A stretch of DNA of 64,000 nucleotides from Podarcis filfolensis (taxonomy: Eukaryota): assembly GCA_964270895.1 (NCBI GenBank), contig OZ185437.1; one strand, given 5' to 3'. This document shows, piece by piece, positions 59,101 through 64,000 of this stretch. A program made the position numbers and the translations under genes. Position 1 is the first letter of the stretch, and each line of letters begins with the position of its first letter. The notes beneath the pieces are model-generated. The model searched no databases and was not told the origin of the DNA. It saw only the letters and a list, made by a program, of their open reading frames with translations.

Positions 59101-62100
59101 CTTGAAGTTCTGGCTCATTCAAGAGCAGACATAGCATCTCTAGCAGCTTGCAGTTATCTGCTGTGATGTGGCTCATAGCCACCCAGTCAATGTAGCCGGC
59201 CAGAGTATTGAGTGCTGCTATCCCTACTCGACAACTTGCTTGTGCCTGTGAACAGAAAGTAATTGAGAGGTTATAAACAGTCAATACTGGATTCTGCAAT
59301 CTACTTCATACAGTCCCAAAAGAACAATAATACTTTGGCATCATTGACAGCAGATCCTATAGAAAGGTTAAGATAAACAGCTTTTTTTTTTACACTAAGT
59401 TTTGGTGCTGATGGAAGTCATTAAGTATCATGAGAAACTTATTTCTCCTATGGATACAGAGGAACTAAGTAGAAATAAAGTTGACGCAGCTCTACGAAAG
59501 TTTCCCAGCATGCTTGTGAAAGTTAGTTTGGAAAAATTGGTTTAGGATGAATGGGTTCTCCTTCTACCTCTGTCATTACTCTCTCCACAAATAAAATGAG
59601 CAGTTTCTCCATATTTTTCACAATTACTCCATCAAAGGTAACTGCTAACTTATATGGGACAACTACAGTTCAGCAACAGACTGCTAGCTCAGCACAATGA
59701 ACAGCGGGGGGGGGGGGGGAATGTGCCTCTTTGTTCTGGCTCCACTCACTTTTGATTCCTGTGTTGGATCCATTTTCTGGAAAAGAGAATAAGGAATGAA
59801 TGAGCTACTGACATGTACATGGCTTCTCACTACTAATTCCCACCCCATCATTATTATCGTCTATATTCTTCTTAAATGAAACAAGTTGAACAGCCCAACT
59901 ACTACCACATTTCAAGTTCATTTGTTTCTACTTTGAGAGGTAGATCACAAAATCAAGTATATTGCAATAGCCAAGATTAGAGCTTACATATCACCTCTTC
60001 CACCCTGGAGCATTTAAGCAGCAGCAGGGTTGCTATTGTAGATTGAGGCTCTCCAATCCTAACCAAGCAATCCTAGTTGTTTCAGAAGTCCTAACGAATT
60101 CAATGGGGCTTGCTCCCAAGTAAGTGGGGTTAGGACAGCATCATAAGCCAAAAGAAAAGAGACTCTTACCATGCGTCTGTATTTGTTTACATTCTGCTGC
60201 AAGGTGTTGAGCAGGAAGCTAAAGATAGTCTCCATGTTCTGAGTGAGAGTTTGCTGGATATCACGTCGTCGCTGGGCTGGCAGAGTCTGGAAGGTCACCA
60301 CATCTTCTGCCAGTCGTAAAAGTATGAACATCACTAACTCTGTCTGAGTCTCCTAGAGTCCCAAGCAAAACAAAAAAACACAAATAGACAGAATGAATAC
60401 AGGAATAACCTTGTGATCTTTGAAGAACATATTTGGATAATGCAGGAGGAGTGCACATATGCATTATGTCTGTATACTTTGATACAATTATATCCTACAA
60501 GTTAAGCCCAGAAAAGATGCACCAATTCGACTGTAAGATGTATTTCATACCCCCTGTTTGGAGAGAGTGTCCAGCTCATTTAACAAGTCAGGCCAGTGCT
60601 GGGGCCATTCACGCTTAATCATCTCTACTACAATGCGAGAGAGAACATCTTTAATGTGACTTTCTTCTTCTAAAATATTCTGGGTACCCTGTAAATGAAA
60701 AATTAAAGTGTTAAAAGACAGAAATTTTAGATAATCCAATACCTAAAGGTCAAGGTACCCCTGCCCGTACGGGCCAGTCTTGACAGACTCTAGGGTTGTG
60801 CACTCATCTCACTCTAGAGGCCGGGAGCCAGCGCTGTCCGCAGACACTTCCGGGTCACGTGGCCAGCGTGACAAGCTGCATCTGGCGAGCCAGCGCAGCA
60901 CACGGAACGCGTTTACCTTCCCGCTAGTAAGCAGTCCCTATTTATCTACTTGCACCCGAGGGTGCTTTCGAAACTGCTAGGTTGGCAGGCGCTGGGACCA
61001 AGCGACGGAAGCGCACCCCGCCGCGGGGATTCGAACTGCCGACCTTTCAATCGGCAAATCCTAGGCGCTGAGGCTTTAACCCACAGCGCCACCCGCATCC
61101 AATACCTACCCCGCAGCAAAAGCTTGCTATAGACACATTCCAGACCAAACAAACTTCACATGAAATTTGCACCCCATCCTAGCCTATCATACCTTGGGAG
61201 CCTCCATGAGCCAAGGTAACGGTTGCTTCAATAAAAATAGATCTATCAGAAAGGGACAATCTGTACTGAGACAGATCAGTAAGCTTTGAGTTTTGTTATT
61301 AATTATCCTCCAAAACAGAGGTTCCCAAACTGTGGTCTGTAGCTTTATTATTGTGGCTTGTGACATTTCTGTGGACTTGTGGTCGAAGATGGGAGATGGC
61401 ACATCCATCACATGAAGTACACATATTGATTTTTTATTGTATTTCATGTACTTCTATTCCTTACGTAGTATTTTACTGCATTACCATTTGCATGCTATGG
61501 ATTTCAAACTCTAACACAATACAAAACAATATATAAGAAATAAAAGAAGCAATTAAAATGCAATTAAAAATCATGCCGCATCTAGCACAACACATTACAA
61601 TTGTCACAGAAGGCAGAAAAATCATCAAGTGGTCTGTCAAAACTCTCAGCAACTGTCAAGCGGTACATTGGGGATAGGGAATTTAGGGAATCACTGCTCT
61701 ATAATGTCAGATAAACTTTTTCTTAGTGGAACTGAGGGCTATATGACTGAATTGTCCCAGGAGGACAACTTAAGTTGCATTCCCCACTTGAAGGTCTCAC
61801 AAACATGAGCACCCCCTTCCACAGCTGATTTATGGGTTCTCTCTTTCTCACAGGTCAAATACAGTGACACAACTGCAAAGGATAGAATGGAACTGAGGTG
61901 GCTTCCGGTCCCACGTGCCTTAATGGAGACAGCCCCCATGACAGCGGGGGATTATCGGTGAATGAAAAACAAGGATGAGAGAGGGTAAATCATCCTTGCA
62001 ACTTCCCCCCAGGGATGGGGGGAATGGGCTTCACTTGCAGTTCATCTTGGCACCCAGCTCTTGCTCCAGCATGGAATGTGGGAGGCGGGGAGGCGCTGAT

Positions 62101-63623
62101 TGCAAAAGTACTTTCCCTGGCAAAAACCCTCCTACGGCGCCATTAAGAAGCAGAGGTTCTCCATTTAATTGGATCCTTAATTGGCTTTAAAGTACCGGCA
62201 TGTGGTGGGAAAAGGTTGCAACAACATACTGCTGAATATACCAGCTACATAGATCAAAAGTTTGAATTGAGATTAAGATTTCTTTGGCGTGAGAGTCAGC
62301 TGGGGAGAGGGAAGCCCCCAGTTTGTTTATTCTAAGCTTCTTTTATATATTTATGATTTGGCAACCCTCTCTGGAGTATAAGATAAAAAAAAAATTACAA
62401 GTGAGGAAGGGGCACTAGAGTAATATTGATATTAACAAGCAAAAATGGAAACTGCATGTGATCTGAAATGAAGAAAGGAGAGGGAGCGGAACCTCAAACT
62501 CGCTTCCTTGAAGTACATTCTATTACTGAAAGAAATAACTCAGAAATTTAACTTCATGAACAGCTTGACTCACATTGGATATGAGCTCCATAACGCTGTT
62601 CTTCAAAAAGACTTTCTCAAGCCGACCCATATTGTTCCACCGGAACCTGCCCAATAAAACACAGAGGCATCATCTTTACAATACACTGATAGCATAGTTA
62701 ACATGGCTAGGGCAAGAGAGAAGTTTGGTTCTCAAATTGTCTCACACTACTCCACTGGAACCTGCCCAATAAAACACACAGTGAAAGCTGAAGTGTGTGG
62801 GCCTCTAAGTTTAGAGAAAAAAGATAGGGAGGAGCAGCATGGTAGATGTCTGTAAAACTATGCATAACACGGACAGAAGTGGATCGAGAAAGTATTTTCT
62901 CTTTCTCCCTTAACACTTGGATCGGAGGCTACCCAATGATTGGAAGCAGATTCAAACTAGGCACAAAAAGGTAATTCTTTACACAGACAATGCACTTATA
63001 GAACAAGATGTGGTGATGCCCCCCAATTTAGATGGCTCTACAAGGGAATTAGACAAATTCATGGAGGAAAGGATTTTCAACTGCTAGCAGCCACAACAGC
63101 TAAATAGGACCACCAGGCTAAAAAGCAGTACAGTTGTACCTTGGAAGTCGAACGGAAGTCCGTTCCAGAAGTCCGTTTGACTTCCAAAACGTTTGAAAAC
63201 CAAATCGCGGCTTCTGATTGGCTGCAGGAAGCTCCTGCAGCCAATCAGAAGCAATGGAAGCCCTGTCAGACTTTCGGATTCCAAAAGAACGTTCACAAAC
63301 CGGAACAACCAGTTCCGGGTTTGCGGTGTTCGGGAGCCAAAATGTCAGAGTTCCAGGGTGTTCAGGATCCAAGGTACGACTGTACTGGAAACCAGTTGCT
63401 GGGTGGCAACAGTAGGAAAGGGCTACAAGCTCTGCTTGTGGACTTCTCAACAATCATCTGGCTGGCCAATGTTGGAAACAGAACTCTGGACTAGGTGGAC
63501 TTTTCATCTGATCAAGAAAGGCTTCTTTTAAAGTCTCTGTCATCAACACAGTCCCCTCTGGAAACAATCAGTCATGAACATTACCTAGCACAGCTAAGAA
63601 AATAGGCAGGAGTCAATACTACA

Positions 63624-63680
<57 letters not shown>

Positions 63681-64000
63681 GGTGGTGTTAGTTTGCTAGA
63701 AACAGAGAGGAGGAAGTGGAATCTCTAGACAGCTCAGCAAAGAGAAAAGTGGCATCTCCATACAATGGAGTGAACTCGTTGCTGAACTAACACAAAAAAT
63801 ACTGATTATAAATTCCTTATTCAGCTTGTCACTGGGTTTCCCCTGATATATATAAACTGTAGAAGTATTAACAACCAGAGATAATTATGGTGACAGGTGC
63901 ATGCCTGATTTTCTGCTAAAAAGCTCTCAAAAGTTGCAATGCCACACCACTTGCTTTGCATTCACTTCCTTACTTCACCACATGCTCCAGAATCTGAAGA
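32034..64000 (-). CDS. XPO5: XPO5 (exportin-5), exons 2 (partial) to 32; exon 1 and the start of exon 2 lie right of the window
   Basis: 31 exons traced in phase (exons 3-32 total 3376 nt = 1 + 1125 codons); peptides match human XPO5 as recalled, from LQILEHVVKFRWN through to KPLGEQFRKEVHIRNLPSLFKK. Confidence 0.97.
32491..32840 (+). mobile_element. Sauria SINE (Squam1-type), full length
   Basis: GGACGCGGGTGGCGCTGTGG head, CCTGCCAACCTAGCAG core, GGTCAGGGGTCCCTTTACCTTT tail; flanking repeat TTTCTCCCTG. Confidence 0.92.
32962..33197 (-). mobile_element. Sauria SINE, 5'-truncated, inverted relative to the copy at 32491
   Basis: Reverse complement of core plus tail; 13-bp TSD GATTATTTATTTA at 32949-32961 and 33198-33210. 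Confidence 0.92.
33215..33430 (-). mobile_element. tRNA-derived SINE (Squam3-like), degenerate
   Basis: Minus-strand head GTGGTGTAATTG...GGACTAGGACTTGGGAGATCC...AATCCCCACTCAGCCATGAAACTCAC...GACCTTGGGCC. Confidence 0.6.
33755..33919 (-). CDS. XPO5: XPO5 exon 31 (165 nt)
   Basis: RPRYAELKAVMEQIPEIQKDSL...KRLIAGCIG|GTAGGT. Confidence 0.95.
34121..34261 (-). CDS. XPO5: XPO5 exon 30 (141 nt)
   Basis: ALTKNMMIPEAVSWFFRSVLTGLQVHGQHDGCMAALVHLAFQIYEAL|GTAAGG. Confidence 0.95.
34438..34545 (-). CDS. XPO5: XPO5 exon 29 (108 nt)
   Basis: NVCSALLVTAFTSLSWKDTLSCQRTTTNLCWPLLKE|GTGCTT. Confidence 0.95.
34968..35050 (-). CDS. XPO5: XPO5 exon 28 (83 nt)
   Basis: EEMMSTEVTPPSNSELTELGKCLMKQE|GTAAGG. Confidence 0.95.
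35210..35272 (-). CDS. XPO5: XPO5 exon 27 (63 nt)
   Basis: VCCVSKKGAEQNSAVAADGD|GTGCGT. Confidence 0.93.
36555..36652 (-). CDS. XPO5: XPO5 exon 26 (98 nt)
   Basis: SDEDAADDNPESQEMLEEQLVRVLTREVVDLI|GTGAGA; CAGCAG tandem acceptor. Confidence 0.94.
36720..37330 (+). mobile_element. L2-type LINE RT fragment, degenerate
   Basis: Peptide ...TPRLCYFNVLYVGLPLMSTWLFKIVQNTAAR resembles the L2 motif SRLDYCN..Y.GLP....LQLVQN.AAR. Confidence 0.7.
37465..37511 (-). CDS. XPO5: XPO5 exon 25 (47 nt)
   Basis: RLSQKWQVINQRSVL|GTAAGT. Confidence 0.95.
38330..38427 (-). CDS. XPO5: XPO5 exon 24 (98 nt)
   Basis: VFVKPLVLSCPSEHYESLICPILGPLFTYLYV|GTAAGA. Confidence 0.95.
38428..39167 (-). other. U12-type (minor spliceosome) GT-AG intron, XPO5 intron 23
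   Basis: 5' splice site GTATCCTTT; branch-site-like TTCTTTAAC about 10 nt before the CAG acceptor; no long polypyrimidine tract. Confidence 0.9.
39168..39304 (-). CDS. XPO5: XPO5 exon 23 (137 nt; U12-type donor)
   Basis: FHVLGNAGSSMQQDFYTVEGLATELL...YRLRPML|GTATCCTTT. Confidence 0.95.
39883..39979 (-). CDS. XPO5: XPO5 exon 22 (97 nt)
   Basis: LPQPLLEIYDSPVYKTVLERMQGFFCTLYDN|GTAAGA. Confidence 0.95.
41654..41754 (-). CDS. XPO5: XPO5 exon 21 (101 nt)
   Basis: THNNLYMPEMVARFGETFAKALDLLEVEKNAIL|GTATGT. Confidence 0.95.
45480..45710 (-). mobile_element. CR1-family 3' fragment
   Basis: CTGCTGGATCA...CATCCTGTTCTC...GGTATTCAGAGGCAT...TAGCCTTCTCCTCCATGAA; related to the 62930-63530 fragment. Confidence 0.6.
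46117..46260 (+). mobile_element. tRNA-Asn(GTT)-derived SINE with CR1 3' tail
   Basis: CGGGCTGTTAACCAGAAGGCTGGTGGTTCAAGCCCACCCAGGGAC (tRNA-Asn 3' half), then ATTCCTGCAC...CCCTTCCAACTCTACAATTCTATGAT. Confidence 0.82.
46413..46594 (-). CDS. XPO5: XPO5 exon 20 (182 nt)
   Basis: ISFCVYTILGVIKRARWPASLEEAKAGGFVVG...NLLALI|GTGGGT. Confidence 0.95.
47011..47236 (+). mobile_element. CR1 LINE 3' end
   Basis: Same terminus as 19331-19519, ending ATTCTATGA. Confidence 0.85.
47594..47693 (-). CDS. XPO5: XPO5 exon 19 (100 nt)
   Basis: VLTNPEEFVRYVGADNKLTDPAMDDPCGLNRSR|GTAAGT. Confidence 0.93.
47910..48109 (-). CDS. XPO5: XPO5 exon 18 (200 nt)
   Basis: PNFDMLYNHVKQLLSNELLLTQMEKCALMEAL...LSEEMR|GTGCAA. 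Confidence 0.95.
48970..49200 (-). mobile_element. L2-like LINE 3' end fragment
   Basis: AAT-rich tail next to CCCCAGCCACTCTAGG...GGGCATTCCACAGGGAGG...GAGAAGGCCCT; a related end lies at 45740-45830. Confidence 0.55.
49372..49461 (-). CDS. XPO5: XPO5 exon 17 (90 nt)
   Basis: APRTRAVKNVRRHACSSIIKMCRDYPQLVL|GTACTT. Confidence 0.95.
50467..50508 (-). CDS. XPO5: XPO5 exon 16 (42 nt)
   Basis: CATAG|LFASVTFEVVEESK|GTAAGA. Confidence 0.93.
51286..51441 (-). CDS. XPO5: XPO5 exon 15 (156 nt; GC donor)
   Basis: EIPVSDGIELLQLVLNYETKDPLILSCVLSNVSALFPFVTYRPEYLPDVLSK|GCAAGC. Confidence 0.92.
52483..53394. mobile_element. TcMar/Tigger-like MITE split by a retroelement insertion
   Basis: TA|CCGTGGTACCTTGGTTC...TTGTTCGACAACT [insert] TTGTTCGGCAACTAAACC...GGTACCACTG|TA. 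Confidence 0.85.
52696..53353 (+). mobile_element. 5'-truncated poly(A)-tailed retroposed insert (L1/Tx1-like 3' end or mRNA retrocopy)
   Basis: AATAAA followed by an A-tail at about 53326-53353; 13-bp TSD TTGTTCG(A/G)CAACT at 52683-52695 and 53354-53366. Confidence 0.8.
53935..54050 (-). CDS. XPO5: XPO5 exon 14 (116 nt)
   Basis: KTGEGLCSIFSVSFVQWDAMTFFLESVVSPMFRFMEKD|GTATGT. Confidence 0.94.
54425..54553 (-). CDS. XPO5: XPO5 exon 13 (129 nt)
   Basis: FRAQQGEVIRMACRLDPRTGFQMAGEWLKYQLS...|GTAAGT. Confidence 0.95.
55064..55154 (-). CDS. XPO5: XPO5 exon 12 (91 nt)
   Basis: VGFPSKTDSPSCKYSHFDFDSDEDFNCFFN|GTAAGT. Confidence 0.95.
55643..55768 (-). CDS. XPO5: XPO5 exon 11 (126 nt)
   Basis: FLRSSTQITWGALFRHEVLSRDP...MTNLVK|GTATGG. 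Confidence 0.95.
56235..56318 (-). CDS. XPO5: XPO5 exon 10 (84 nt)
   Basis: GSDSDVETPVNLGKYLESFLAFTTHPSQ|GTAGGT. Confidence 0.95.
56405..57169. mobile_element. hAT-type MITE split by an LTR-like insertion
   Basis: Inverted ends CAGAGCTTTCCAAA / TTTGGAAAGCTCTG; imperfect 8-bp TSD GCATAGTG / GTGTAGTG. Confidence 0.75.
56506..57056. mobile_element. Probable solo LTR (~550 bp)
   Basis: Begins TGTCA; 5-bp TSD AAACT at 56501-56505 and 57057-57061; AGTAAA signal; 3' end reads TA rather than the canonical CA. Confidence 0.55.
57347..57446 (-). CDS. XPO5: XPO5 exon 9 (100 nt)
   Basis: TADGEGLVEKHYVFLKRLCQVLCSLGSQLYALV|GTGAGT. Confidence 0.95.
58025..58174 (+). repeat. Tandem duplication, 2 x 75 bp with 1 mismatch
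   Basis: CTCTCTATCAATCTGGACTTATGG...GGTACCTT(C/T)GTC repeated at 58025 and 58100. Confidence 0.97.
58297..58373 (-). CDS. XPO5: XPO5 exon 8 (77 nt)
   Basis: GKLDDRKPLMVLFGDVAMHYIFSAA|GTGAGT. Confidence 0.95.
58649..58907. mobile_element. TcMar (Tc2/pogo-like) MITE with TA TSD
   Basis: TA|CCATATTTTTTGCTCTATAAGAC ... GTCTTATAGAGAGAAAAATATGG|TA; internal inverted repeat CAGAACAGCAAGAGGGAT / ATCCCTCTTGCTGTTCTG. Confidence 0.88.
59060..59245 (-). CDS. XPO5: XPO5 exon 7 (186 nt)
   Basis: AQASCRVGIAALNTLAGYIDW...LLIVVSRK|GTGAGT. Confidence 0.95.
59750..59776 (-). CDS. XPO5: XPO5 exon 6 (27-nt microexon)
   Basis: TTTTCCAG|KMDPTQESK|GTGAGT. Confidence 0.88.
60170..60352 (-). CDS. XPO5: XPO5 exon 5 (183 nt)
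   Basis: ETQTELVMFILLRLAEDVVTFQ...NKYRRM|GTAAGA. Confidence 0.95.
60551..60688 (-). CDS. XPO5: XPO5 exon 4 (138 nt)
   Basis: GTQNILEEESHIKDVLSRIVVEMIKREWPQHWPD...SKQG|GTATGA. Confidence 0.95.
60745..61100 (-). mobile_element. Sauria SINE, full length, a second subfamily
   Basis: Minus-strand head GGATGCGGGTGGCGCTGTGG; ACCTTT tail; TSD AATACCT at 60738-60744 and 61101-61107; CpG-rich, suggesting a young copy. Confidence 0.92.
61316..61697. mobile_element. hAT-Charlie-like MITE
   Basis: CAGAGGTTCCCAAACT ... TTTAGGGAATCACTG; 8-bp flanks CTCCAAAA / CTCTATAA. Confidence 0.6.
62574..62646 (-). CDS. XPO5: XPO5 exon 3 (73 nt)
   Basis: GGCAG|FRWNNMGRLEKVFLKNSVMELISN|GTGAGT. Confidence 0.93.
62930..63530 (+). 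mobile_element. CR1-family 3' fragment interrupted by a MITE
   Basis: GAATTAGACAAATTCATGGAGG... and CTGGACTAGGTGGAC...TCTGATC flank the 63131-63382 MITE. Confidence 0.6.
63131..63382. mobile_element. TcMar/Tigger-like MITE with TA TSD
   Basis: TA|CAGTTGTACCTTGGA ... TCCAAGGTACGACTG|TA; internal sequence related to the 27240 and 52483 copies. Confidence 0.88.
63621..63676 (+). repeat. (AC)10(AG)18 compound microsatellite
   Basis: Seen directly. Confidence 0.97.
63974..64000 (-). CDS. XPO5: XPO5 exon 2 (3' part only)
   Basis: LQILEHVV(K)|GTAAGG. Confidence 0.88.

Overview
This is eukaryotic (vertebrate) genomic DNA. Sauria SINEs and the MITE/CR1 repertoire point to a squamate reptile, most likely a lacertid lizard. 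The window carries the conserved gene block LRRC73(-), YIPF3(-), POLR1C(+), XPO5(-), in the order I recall from human 6p21.1. I traced splice sites and codon phase by hand for 51 coding exons: LRRC73 coding exons 1-2 (the rest lie left of the window), complete YIPF3 (9 exons, 1035 nt, 344 aa), complete POLR1C (9 exons, 1035 nt, 344 aa) and XPO5 exons 2 (partial) to 32. Gene identities rest on recalled similarity to the human proteins, not on a database search. YIPF3 and POLR1C share a bidirectional CpG-rich promoter, and POLR1C and XPO5 converge tail-to-tail. Introns hold SINEs, CR1/L2/Rex1/L1-like LINE fragments, TcMar and hAT MITEs, a probable solo LTR and microsatellites. I found no evidence of a wholly new gene system. 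The most interesting signals are in RNA processing and transposon biology: a U12-type intron, a GC-AG intron and a 27-nt microexon in XPO5; a duplicated XPO5 exon-3 splice acceptor; a phase-compatible candidate cassette exon; an inverted SINE pair able to form a long dsRNA stem in the last XPO5 intron; SINEs with different tRNA heads on one CR1 tail; two three-layer nested insertions; a Rex1/Babar LINE; and unusual motif clusters in both promoter regions.
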